A DNA stretch of 64,000 nt from Takakia lepidozioides (taxonomy: Eukaryota; Plantae; Bryophyta), in contig CM060731.1 in assembly GCA_030704615.1 (NCBI GenBank), positions 83,328,001-83,392,000 on the forward strand, read 5' to 3'. The translations under genes and the position numbers were made by a program. This document shows positions 1-11,688 of the stretch, piece by piece. The first letter of the stretch is position 1; each line of letters starts with the position of its first letter. The notes beneath the pieces were generated by a model that did no database searches, was not told where the DNA came from, and saw only the letters and a list, made by a program, of their open reading frames with translations.

Positions 1-2490
1 GTCAAGGAGACAGAAATCCCAGAGGTGCAACAGTTGCCCAAGGGAAATCCTGAGGTGCATATAATACACACACCTGTGTCGGAGATACCACAGGCGGAAG
101 GTCATGACACTGTAGCACCGGTGATAGATGAAGTAGTTCAGGAAGAAAATCCGGTGGGACAATGGCCTGAATGGTTAGTGAGACATCACACTGTTGAAGA
201 TCAGGAGGAACAGCAGCAACCTCACCATGATGACCCTCAACAGGCAATGCTGATGAGTTCCATAGGCAGGACACTTAATTTGTTGGGGACTTATGTCAAA
301 TCCCATGTTCCAATTACCCAATTGACAGCCTTGAGAGAGGAACTCAGGAAGGAGTTTGAGGCTCGACTAGCCACTGAGTGTGCAAACAAGGTCGATGAAG
401 AGGTCACTCTCAAGATGAAGCAGGACTTGGGAAATACAGAAATGGCTTTGCAATTGGCCAAGGAACAATTGATTGAGGCAGGCCTCGCGCAAGACCAGTT
501 GCACGAAGCACATAAGCAACAGCTATACCAAATGCAGGTGCAGCATGAAAGCAAGTTGCAAGAACTGAATGCACTACATACGGAGTTGCAGACAGTGCAT
601 AACAGGATGGCGATACAATGTGCTACATTCACAACTATGCTTGACCAATCTACAAAAGAAATAAACAGTCAAGCGGAAAAATGTACGAAGGCAGAAGAAG
701 AGAATGTTGAGCAAATGAAGCTCATTGTCGATATGAAGAATACAATCTGTCGCAATGAAGATACTTTCAAGCAATACAGGCAGATTGAAGCTGATCAAGA
801 GAAGCACATCGTGGAGTTGCAACAAACCATCATGGCCAATAGAAATGAAATCGCGGTCAATAACAAGGCTTGGAAGGAAGCCAATAATCTACTTGCTGCT
901 TATGCGCAATTGGTTGAACCTCAGGCGAAGCGCATGGAGGCTTTACAACAGCAGTTGGAATTGTACAAGCTAAGAGAGGAGCAAACTCTCAGGGGAACCA
1001 CAAGCAACTTGGTGGATAACAGCCTTATGCAGGTCTGGTTAGCACAAGGGCCAGTAGAGGGCAAAGCACCACGGAAGCTCACCCAAAGCGAGATGAATGA
1101 GCTCAGGCTGCAGGTGCAGAACATTGCCACAACTACCATAGACAATGTCTATAGTAGGATAGCAGAGTTACAAGAGGATGTAGACGGACTGCAGACTCAA
1201 GTGGAAGACCTCACTTCAAACATCGACCAAAGAGTCTATATCCCTCAGGAACAGCTAATGGCTTCTTATTTACAAGCCAGAACTTTGGCTTTTCAGTCTT
1301 CACAGGAGGGCAGGAGATGCCAATGATACAAGAGCCAGTACCACCACCACCACAACAAGTCACTGTACCAATAGCTGAACCTGTGGTTACTACAACCACA
1401 CCACAGCCACCACAGCCGGAGGTATGGGGCAATGCCGCTTTTAACCCACCTAAAACTCCAGCTGCCAGGGAGTACAGTAGGGCTATGATTATGCCCTTCA
1501 ACCAAATTCCCATCATGTTGGATTTGGCTTGGAAAGAATTTAGTCCTCCGCAGTCATTCGCACATTACTACCAAATCATGCGTATATGGCTGCCAGTGGC
1601 AACTAGGACTAAAGTTCTTCCGAACAATCGACATATTGAAGATCATCACTTTGCACAATACTGGCACGAAGCAGGTACCATGTTGAGGGAATTGATTGCT
1701 TTCCAGGTTGTACATGGACTCATTTATACCAAGACCAAGGAGATAGCAAGTATTGTCATGGGGTGCGGGTTATACTACGCTGCTTGTTTTCTGGTACGTT
1801 ACCACATTGAGCAACAAAAGATGCAAACACGCTTTCTGAGTTATTCCAGTGGAGATCATTGGGTATTACCTTCGGTGCCACCTCATATGTACCTATATGA
1901 CCCAAAAGTTATGATGCAAAAGGATTCTCAAATTCGTTCATGGTTTCAAGCGGCCTGGAACCATTTGTCAACACAGAAATTTGGCATTGATGACATTTTC
2001 TATAAGGGACATGTGGCATGGAAATACTTGCACGCTGCACCAGTAATTGGTACCCCACTCATCTGGACAGACAAGGAGCTCAGTGTCTACACCAATTTTG
2101 CTGTTCGGCGGTTACACCAAGTGTAAAATACAAACTTCCAGACATGGTAGGACAGCATTGTATGCCCCAGATGATTCCACAAAAAGTTCGAAATTAAAAC
2201 ACCTGAGAGGCGATGAGGATTCTGATACAACTGTTTCTTCACCGAATTCTTTTGACATGGGAGAAGACTATGCAATTCAGATGGCAGAGAAGAAGCGAAG
2301 GGGTCTCCTATGCCGGAAAGGTTACCTCGATATCAGCCTCCAGAGGGCCTCACTTATCCAGGTAGTGATCAACCATCTCCGTCAACCAGAGACAGACCTC
2401 GGGCTCGTACACACAGTCCGCCACGAAACTCTCAACGTCAAGAAGGTGCTCACTCACAAAGGTTTGCTAGTCGAAATCAGTAAACCGTGA
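1..2490 (+). pseudogene. C-terminal extension of the retrotransposon polyprotein (coiled-coil + C-terminal domain), frameshifted
   Basis: ORFs 25-1326, 1317-2126 and 2047-2490 match the C-terminal part of ORF 48018-54356 and ORF 54329-54796; small indels at ~1310 and ~2125. Confidence 0.85.
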
Positions 2491-2521
2491 GGACACGGCT
2501 TTTTGAGGGGGGAAGGGGTAA

Positions 2522-3551
2522 TGTTAGAGGACTGTCGGGGACTTAGACACTTATACGGGATCTGTAGGGTACCCTTAATTTTTGCACAGACTGAGACCAA
2601 CAGGAGCCTTAGGGGTGACAGCAGCGCACTGTAGAGGGGGGTTACACAGCCCGTCACAGTCGTCACAGCCGACACAGCCAACACAGCCCGTCACAGTCGT
2701 CACAGCCGACACAGCCAACACAGCCCGTCACAGTCGTCACAGCCAACACAGCCCGTCACAGTCGTCACAGCCGACACAGCCAACACAGTCCGTCACAGTC
2801 GTCACAGCAGACACAGCCGACACAGCCGACACAGCCGACACAGCCCGGCACAGCCCGGCACAGCCACACAGCCAGTCACAGCCCGTCACAGTCTCACACA
2901 GCCAGTCACAGCTTGACACAGCTGTCACGATCATAGGGAATGAAGAGTAGGACAGGGAACGACTGTGGGGAACAACACCTGCGAAGGGAACATGTTAGTT
3001 CACAGACACGGTTAGTGAGGGAAACGGTTAGAACCGCAGATAGGAAGATAAAGGGAGAAACGGGGAATTGAGGGACATCATTCGGAGGAGGACTTCTTGG
3101 TGATAGAGGAGAGGGGATCGGGCAGAGATGAAGAACGGAAGTGAAGATAGAGAGATGATGAGTAGATGCTTGATATATGCAAGGCTGTAATGATATTGTA
3201 GAGTAGATTAGAGACACAATGGCTTCGGCCTGATACCTGATAAATCATAATCGGATACTTTTACGATACAATCACACTGTGTAGAGAGATCTGAGTGAAG
3301 CTGTGGAATGAATGGATGAGTTGATGGAATCCAATAGATTGATAAAGCAAACTGATACTTAATTATCAATGGTAAGATAGTTAACATGAATACCAAAAGG
3401 GAAACAAATAGGAAACACCCCCATGATACACTAGCTGTAGGTCATGACTGATTGTTCTGCGCGGGCTGAGTACTTAGAGATTTCCAACTCTTCAATCTTG
3501 GAGTTTCCGCCTCGAATAGCGAAGGGATGGGTGAGTAAAAGCCGCGCGACA
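2522..3551 (+). repeat. 3' LTR of copy A (~1030 bp) with internal CACAGC-rich tandem repeat (~2644-2930)
   Basis: Starts TGTTAGAGG, ends GCCGCGCGACA; same termini as 42466-43474 and 54835-55900. Confidence 0.95.
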
Positions 3552-4133
3552 ACGTCCAGTGGCAGCAGTTCCACCGCAACAGCATAGCAGTGCGCCTTCT
3601 TCTGCATGGGTGACCGTCGTAGCTGGGAAAATCGGAATCGAGGATGCGCAGGAGCCACGGACTCCTCAGACCAAGATCGTCACCCCGGTCGAAGGCGTAG
3701 TGGCCTACGATATACTCAAAAGCCACCAATGTTTCCACAATCGAACCAGTATCTTAGTGTAATCTGTGTACCAGATAACAATGTCTCCCCATGTGGCCGA
3801 ATACATTGCATAATCGATGCCTCCAAATGGGCAGTCGTCCCGGTTCCGGAAGCACGACATCTTTGCAAAGGAGGACCTGAGGACGACTTGGATGCAGATG
3901 ACAATGACCTTGCGGACAGCTACGAAGCCCTTAGATTTTGGAAATGATGCGAAGCGGAAGAGCAGTCCGGCCTCCAATAATGGAGCATCTGGGTCCCACG
4001 TACCCACCGACGGAGGTGGAACGTGTTCATCACGCCGGCGGTGGATGAACCCATACATCTTTCTCATCAACAAGTTATAGTTTGAGATCTGCCACCGAAG
4101 TCCATCCCCCCGGATGGAAATTCGGCGCCGCAT
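3552..4133 (-). pseudogene. Orphan protein, paralog of 4294-4990; frameshifted at ~3735 and truncated by LTR A
   Basis: VLRSSFAKMSCFRNRDDCPFGGIDYAMYSATWGDIVIW and FEYIVGHYAFDRG...PWLLRILD...LLRWNCCHWT align with the plus-strand paralog. Confidence 0.7.
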
Positions 4134-4293
4134 TTACATCGAAGAGGGGATGGACTTCGTCGTGTCCAGTGGCTATCGGCCCACCTGGCAGTGAATGCCC
4201 ATAGTTTGCATGGCAGGGTAGGAAACTGAAACGGCTACATTCATGAAGCAGCCAATCTTCATCGGTCGAGGATCCTGTAGGGGGGAAATTTAA

Positions 4294-4990
4294 ATGTGCC
4301 CTGGAGTGTTTGTGAGGAATTGCAGCGTTAAACTTTTTCCAGCCACCGCGCTGCTCCTCCTCCATCCGGGAGCTGCTGTCATTGAGCGTACTCCGCTACT
4401 CTTTTTCAAGGATGCCGTGCCGCCAAAATCCAGCCGACTGCCCTTATCATGGCCACGATTATGCTATGTTCAAACCAGAATCAGGAGACATCATTGTCTG
4501 GCTCTCTATTTTCACAGACGCTGCTGGAATCAAGCAAGAGTCTTTGCGCGCAATGGAGTATCTGGAGGGCTATTACCGCTTTGAGCGAGGTGAGGGCGAG
4601 GGTCAATGCGGTCCATGGGTCCTGAAAATTGTTGACCTCGATATACCAAGCTGGAAAGGGATGCCGGACAGATCACGCACGGCCTCGCTTTGGCGCTGGA
4701 ACTGCTGCCAGTGGACCAGGGAGGACGGCACCGGGGAAAACTATATACGTGCAGATCACTCCGCTCTTCCAGTGTATGGAGACATTCGGCTGAGTTGCGA
4801 AGACGAATCGCACGGGCACATGAGGCCCACAGTGACCTTGTCAATGTATGATGGTGGTATCATTGATGGACATGACATTGTCGTCGGCTCCAGCAAGGGC
4901 AGCAGAACGACCGAATTGCAGTTTACCTCGAGGTGCCGCAGCAGTGATGAGCTTGTTTTGAGGGGTATCGAAGTTCCGTCGACTTGGTGA
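4294..4990 (+). CDS. Orphan protein (~200-230 aa) of unknown function, MULE cargo; start uncertain
   Basis: ORF 4382-4990 (VLRYSFSRMPCRQNPADCPYHGHDYAMFKPESGDIIVW...MEYLEGYYRFERG...PWVLKIVD...LWRWNCCQWT). Protein-level similarity to the divergent paralog supports coding status. Confidence 0.7.
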
Positions 4991-5246
4991 AGCCCATGTA
5001 GAAGGAGGAAGGGCTTAGTTTTGTCTGCAGTTGGTAAATGTGAGACATCGTGTCCGATCAATAAACCCATCGTACCTCACTTCTGTATGATTGTGTTTCA
5101 TTCTGTTGAATAACTGTCGGAATTGGCCCACTGTTTACAATTTGATGTCTCATTTCTACAGTGTGTTTGTCCGGATGAATATAGCAGAGTAACCGGTATG
5201 TGAGTCATGTGTCAAGAATATACCAGAGTAACGCCATGTCGGACAT

Positions 5247-5994
5247 TGAAATGCGGCACCGCATTTCCATGTCGGCATCGAAATGCGGCACCGCATTTCC
5301 ATGTGGGACAAGGAAATGCGGTGCCGAATTTCCGTCCAGGTACACGAAATACCAACACGGGTCTATAAATTGGACAGACAACGAGGTTGGCATTGCAAAT
5401 GCGGCGACGCATTTCCAGCTTGGCAATGGAAACTTCTTTTGAACAAGGGAATGCGGTGCCGCATTTCCGTCCAACACTTCAAAAAGTGTGACATTTCCGA
5501 CCAGCGCGATGGAATGCGTTACCGCATTTCCGTGAGAGGGTCTGCAAATGGACAAATTGCGATGTCCGTTCTGGAAATGCGGCGCCGCATTTCCATGTCC
5601 GTCATCGACTTTTTTTTTACAATGGAATGCGGTGCCAATTTTTGCTGATGGGCCTGCAGTTCGAACAACGACCATCCCCAATATGGAAATGCGGCACCGC
5701 ATTTTCAATTCCGCCATCTCGACCTCCTTGTTCGACCTCCTTGTTCGACCTCCTTGTTCGACCTCTGTAAGCGTGGTGGCATCCATGCAATGAGCGGGAG
5801 AGGCCAAAACTGGCGTGTGGACAAAGGAAATTTTGGAAATGCGGCACCGCATTTCCAATCGGCCGATTACTTTTTACTATGCCAACATTGAAATGGAAAA
5901 TTTAGTCCCTCCCCTGTTTTGGAAATGCGGTGCCGCATTTCCAAAAGAGGTTCTTAGAGTTGCCAAAATTTTGGAAATGCGGTGCCCCATTTCT
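5247..5994. repeat. Palindrome array 1: ~12 copies of GGAAATGCGGYRCCGCATTTCC with mostly unique spacers
   Basis: Copies start at 5247, 5279, 5312, 5395, 5447, 5510, 5573, 5623, 5685, 5835, 5921, 5973. Confidence 0.95.
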
Positions 5995-6130
5995 GATTTT
6001 GGGAGCGTCGTGGTTTGGGCGATTGTGTGGCTGGAATGCACACTGGAGAGGGGTCACGAATGTCGGGCAGAATTTCCTTTATATACTCTGGAAGAGAATT
6101 TACATTTACAGAGACTTCATTAAAATTCTA

Positions 6131-9100
6131 TTAATCTTGAAAATCATCCGAATCCTCATCCTGTTCTAGACTGTCCTGCTCCGCCTCCACCCCCTCAGTG
6201 CCTTTCTCATCTCCAGCGGACTGCTCGTTGGCCAGGCTTTCGAAAATCCCATCTTCCCCTTGCGGAACTGTCCATCTCACCTCCGTTGGGTCGTCTTCCT
6301 CCCTGTCTGCGTCGCTCTCATCCGCTGAATCACATATGTACTTTCGTACCCGTCTACCTGTCTGAGCTGCTGCCAACTCTTTCCTTATCCTTCTGTCCTC
6401 CCTAGCCCTCTCCAAAATCTGCTTTACTTTACTGGGATTCTCACTTCTTCTAATCGCTGTATTTGCGAGTTTAGCTGCATAACTAGGAAGGGAGTAGTCC
6501 CTCACCGGGCTCGTCATGAAGTCGCCCTCGCAAAGAACGGGACATTCTTCCTGGCAGGAAGTGTAGGCCCTACATGTTTTGACCCGGACCCTGCAATCCT
6601 GCACATGACAATCATCAACGAGACTAATGAGAACCACAGTCGGGAAATTCGTTTGACAAAAATGACCCAGAAGGCTTTGCAAACTTACAATGTTTGCACT
6701 CACTCGTATTCCGGGTTCTCCTCCGCATCAATGTCCACTGTGTCTTCCTCGGACTCCGACGAATCCGAGGAGACTTCCGCTCTGTCGGGAGCCTTAACAT
6801 TCCGTTGCAGCCCTTCCAGATGGGATCCCCACACGGATGAATCCTCCTCGTAGGCAAAGAGGTGCCGGTCGGAAAACCGCCCAGCCCACATTGAGGCACC
6901 TGTTACAATGCCATCCACACATTACCACATGGCGCTTCAGATGTTGCGAACTACATCCTAACGAGAATTTGCAGAACAGCATAGATCAAGATTCTGCATA
7001 CCTGTCCCACAGATGAGGTCGAGCACTGTGCCCTCCACGTCTGTGCATGTCTCCATAATTGTCTGAATGAAGGCAGGGCTCCGAGTCCGTGAGTACCGCA
7101 GGGGTTCCGTTGAAGTGAGGCTATGAGGGAGAAGTTCCTTGGGAACGTTGTTGAACAGAACGTCGTAATCGAGGGGGTCGCAGTTCGGGTCAACCTTTCC
7201 TCCCTCCTTCCGGAAAGCAAAGGTGGAGTTCTCCTTCACAAAGCAGTATGCATCGAACTGCTTCGTCTGCATACACAGGGGGGAACGATTAGAAACCGAA
7301 TGCGGCACCGCATTTGAAAACACCCAAGCAAATGAATGGACGAGTGCCAGTGTCGTAATCACCTTCTTCCCTTCCGACCGAAGGCCCAGTGTGTTGATGC
7401 ACGTCCACTTCTTTTTCAGAATCGGGACGGCGCTCTTGCGGGTCCACTTCGCAATTCCTGTCTGAGTGTTTTTTCCTCTGCTCGCCAGGACAACCACACA
7501 GCCTCTGTCGTCCAACACCATGCGGGCAAGCCCGAATCCTTTCTTCCAAAAGTCCTCCGAGTACCTGTTCCAAGATGGCAAAGCTTGCAGTCCTTCCACA
7601 GGCTCTCCGTCCGGAATATCCAAGATGATCATATCGCAAGACCACTCGGTGGCATTTCCGCCCCTCCTACAATCCTTGTCTGCACACACCCTCTCAAAGA
7701 ACGAGACCATATTCTGAAATCCTGGGGTGTCGGAAGGCTCTTCGGCAGTCGCCTTCTTCAGTGCTCTGCCCTTCAGACCCTCCATGGTCTTCATGTATGC
7801 CAACTTGGCTGCCCGTCCATCCAAAGCCGCCAAGAAACTCTCATTTACACACTGGACTACTGTTTCGGGAGCCACTTTCGGCCTCTTCATTTCCACCGGC
7901 TCGAAAGGGTGCCCCCCTGGGGGGTTGAAGAGTGCCTTCTTTGCCGAGCCAGTTCTCGTGCCTCTCGTGACAACGGTGGGCACAGGGGAGGCAGCCTGCG
8001 TTTGGGGGGGTGGGCTGGTTGCAAAGTCTCCATCGGAGTCCTCTTCCTCACCCTCTTCCTGAACAGGCTGTTTCTGCTTCTTTGTTTTGGCGGGTGTCAC
8101 AACAGCTGCTCCTTGCTGGCGAGTCCTCTTCTTCGACCCCTTCTGTTGGGCCTGCACAGCTGCATCCACCGTCTTTTGTGCCATCTCAGCTGCCTTTCTG
8201 GATTCTTCCAGAGCAGCAGATTCCTTTGCCGACTTTGGCCCAGCAGGGACACGTCTTTCCTTTCTCTTCTCTTCTGCCAAGGCGTGCAGATCTTTCTCAG
8301 ACTCGTCAACAATACCGCCAGACATGTCCAGGTACCACGGGCATCCAACGAGATGCGCGGGATGCCATTGTTTCTGCATCTCGGGTGTGTAGACACAGCT
8401 TGGGCCCGCCACGGTCCAAGCCATGAAGAACGGGGGCTCTTGAGCCAGGGCCCCTGTCTGAAGGAGCACGTATTTCATATACCTGCAAGGCAGTCAGCAT
8501 GCGTGAGCAAAAGTTGAGACCAACCTACTCGCAGAGTGCCACCGAAAACATAAAATGCGAATGCGGTGCCGCATTTCCGAGACAAACCTCGTAACCAGGC
8601 TTCGCATACAAGGGCAGCTGTGCTTCACCTGTAAACAATTCGCATTGCAGCTTTCCCCGCTCCCTCCTGATGTGTAAACTCCACGCTCCTTCTTGCTGTC
8701 TGTAGCTCTCTGGCGAAAAGGTTGTCCTTGTACGCACATCTGAAACGTGTCACGTAGTCTTCCAATGTCTGTGTTCCATCCCATTTGACGTACAAGCCGA
8801 ACGAATTTGTGTGCATTACGACTTGCTCCTTCGCATTCGACATTACCTGCGATTCCCAAATGCATTGTCACGTAGCAGTTCAGGGAATTCATTTCAGAAA
8901 AGCAAATCTGGGGAAGTACCTTGAATTACCTGGAACCACCAAGTCATACGGTTGAGCCACACATCCACTGCAGGGTCGGAAACTTCCAGTGGAAAAGACC
9001 ACATTGTCCTTATGCTCTCGGATGCATTCCAGATCGACAGCCACCGTGTCTGCCATTTCCGATCCAATGTCAGGAGCTGGAAGAGAGTGGCTATTGCTAG

Positions 9101-11252
9101 GAAGGAACTTCAGTGCATTGAAACCTCACCTTCTCTTTCGCCTCCACACATGCCGTTGAGAGGTGATGCAGTTTCTCCAATTGCATGGTCGGCTGCATGG
9201 CCCGAGAATAGTGTTTTGCAATCTCGGGGATGAAGTCCTTTCCAAGTGCCGGATCTGCAATTGCCACCAGCTTCACAAGCTTTGACTTGTATTTGGTTCT
9301 GGACTTGACACCGGCTTCCTTCAAGTGCTCAGTCAATGACTGCAACGTTTTGACCTGCCCCTCACTTTCCATGAAGAAGCGTTTGGCATGGGCCAAATCC
9401 AGCTTGATGTTTGACTGCCAACAAAAACATGCAGAAGCGTTACATTCGATTCATGTGGAAAGATTACTGGAAATTGGGGAAGGATGAGCAGAGGGAAATT
9501 GGAGGACGACTTACTTCGTATATCACCTCCACCATTCCATCCATAGTGAGACGATACCATGTCCGGTCTGTTTTTGCAACGGCTTTCTGAATGAGCTCGG
9601 GCTCCAGCATTTCCGCAAACATCTGCGGATCAGTGAGACCAGTTTTCCTCACCCTGTACAGCATATGTGCCATGTGGGTATGCACGTACGCATTCTCAGT
9701 GACCCTGCAAGGCACACTCTCCAGTTCAGTACACGGAAGCACGGAAACAAACCAGAATGGAAACCGAAATGCGGCACCGCATTTCGAACGTGCTAGGGAG
9801 GGTATGAGTATCTTACGAGTTGAGGTCCGCCATGGCATTCTTGAGCAGGGAGGAGTCTGCCGCCTTCACCTTGAGGATGACACACTCCACCATGTAATGC
9901 CAGCCAATGTGCTTGGCATGGTTCTGCTTGATGTACTCCCACCAGGCGAGAAGTCGGTGATTCCCGTCCCACACAAAGAACATTTTACCAGACATATGGC
10001 CGAAGTCTGGATCACCCTTCAGCGTCGCCTCGAATTCGTCGTTGCGAGTGTGCCAGTGGGTATCCCACGTTGACAATTCATCGGCAGTGGGTCCACGAGT
10101 TTCGCCGTCCTCATTCTCAATGGAAACGTAAAACGCTGCCGATCCCAGACGGTACCCTTCTCGAAATGCGAACTTGAGCTTATCCACATCTCCGGGAAGG
10201 GCCTGCCTGACGATGGGAAGGGAGACCATGCGACAGAGTGGGATTCGAAGAGTCCGCTGGAATACCCTGCTGCCCAGAACTCTGCCAATGCTACTGTGTG
10301 TCTCCTCCAACATTTTATCCGCTGCACTTTTGAAATCCTCCGGAGACATGTCTGTAGGTGCCGGTAGTGGCTGAGCAGCTGGAGCATCCTCAACTGGAGC
10401 TGCACTCTGGGGCCTGTCTGCGGGCAATTCTGCCATTGCAGAGGCCTCCTCCGGGCCTGCTTGCTCATCGGTGGTGAGGTCTTGCTGCGAACGTTGAGCG
10501 GCAGCACCCTCCTCCGGTACCAAATCGAGATCAACGGTCGATCCCATTGCCTTCGCTGCAGCAGAGTCGGCCCCAACATCTGCAGGCGGGAAATCCTCCA
10601 GGAACTGAGCTTCAGCTCGTGGAAGCGGTTTTGCGGGAGATTGTTTGGCCGTCGCCCTGATTGCCTTCTGCTTCCTCATCCTTGCAGGTGAAGGTGTCTG
10701 CTGCAATTGAATCTGTCTTTTACCCTGCTGCTTCATTCGCGTGGGGGGGGTGAATCGGCCTGAGCCGGTTCAGAAGCCAGTAGAGGGACGGGCTGCTTCT
10801 TCTTCGACTTTGCTGGAGAAGGGCCCGACCCCTGCTGGCGATTCTCCATGACCGAAGAACGCGAGTCGATCTCTGGGGCTTTGAACTTGCCCTTCGAAGC
10901 CGCGTCTTTGAATCGCACAGGGCTAGGCCCGGCAGGAATACCCGCGCTCGGGGATCGGGTGGGTGTACGTGCTGCAGCTAGCTCCTCGGACTCTTCCTGC
11001 GGCTCTTCGGATTCCTGCGATCCCTCCAGCACGTCCACCTTTCCTGTTAGGCATGCAAACATGTTCTGCATTCAAGTCTCCTAGCATTCAGTCTAAGAAT
11101 TACAGAAGCAAAATGGGGGGTTCGGTGCTCGATCAGCTGCGCGCAGCCCGATCGCATGGAGCTCTCACTGGTGGCTGGGTTGCCTGAGTGGCCTGCTGCT
11201 CGGAGATGGCAATCTCCTCCTGTAGACGCATCTGCTTCCTCCCCTTCGGCAT
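6131..11252 (-). CDS. Multi-exon ParB/Srx-like domain + beta-class N4/N6 DNA methyltransferase-like fusion protein (~1300-1400 aa, 1-2 apparent frameshifts)
   Basis: ParB motif FFVWDGNHRLLAW (~9954-9968). MTase motif IV-like CDMIILDIPDG (7609-7620). After splicing, motif X/I reads RSPAFIQTIMETCTDVEGTVLDLICGTG|ASMWAGRFSDRHLFAYEED. Frame-consistent GT-AG introns at 9705-9816, 9415-9514, 8847-8929, 8483-8628, 7267-7362, 6900-7001 and 6591-6703; introns near 9077-9129 and 11040-11170 and the ATG at 11252 are less certain. Confidence 0.8.
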
Positions 11253-11688
11253 TGGCCTACGTCCGAAGTATAATTTCCGGAGCTTGCGACGAGGTCTCCT
11301 GTCTGGTGCACGAACTCCCCCCCTCTCAGGTTCGAGCATAAGAAGAACAGAGAGAGGGAAAAGGGGCAAAGAGTGCAGATGGAAAGGGCGCGAGAGGGGT
11401 GACTGAGGAGACACGACAAAAGTAGATGAAACGGCGGTGATGCACCACTTGGGTTCGAAAGGGTTGGACGAAAGTGTCTCCTCGTGGAGTTTGCGTCATT
11501 ACGAAATTCGAATCGTTCAGGGTACGCCTGCCGTCCAAAAAACAAACATCATTATCCAACGGTCAGGCCGCGCCGCCTCATGCCCCTTCAGTCAGATAGA
11601 GTGCCGACATGTGCAGCAATTCCGTTGCTCCACGTGTTCACATTTCAAGGCATTTCCGTCCCAGCGTCTGATGAGTTGGAGTGAAAAT

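Larger units (their letters stand above)
1..3551 (+). mobile_element. Ty3/Gypsy LTR retrotransposon copy A (3' part + 3' LTR), same family as full-length copy F
   Basis: 1-2490 is nearly identical to 52311-54796 of copy F. Polypurine tract GAGGGGGGAAGGGGTAA at ~2505-2521, then an LTR bounded by TG...CA. It interrupts an orphan gene of the MULE at 3551/3552. Confidence 0.95.

Noticed and set aside
2582-2950. Ser/Thr/His-rich ORFs in LTRs (also 33499-33795, 42526-42849, 54895-55290)
   Set aside because: Produced by the CACAGC tandem repeat; frames differ between copies.
5719-5765. 13-bp tandem repeat (TTCGACCTCCTTG x ~3.5)
   Set aside because: Ordinary local slippage inside one spacer; no evidence of function.
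7336-8517. 393-aa plus-strand ORF
   Set aside because: Antisense shadow of the large MTase exon; no motifs.
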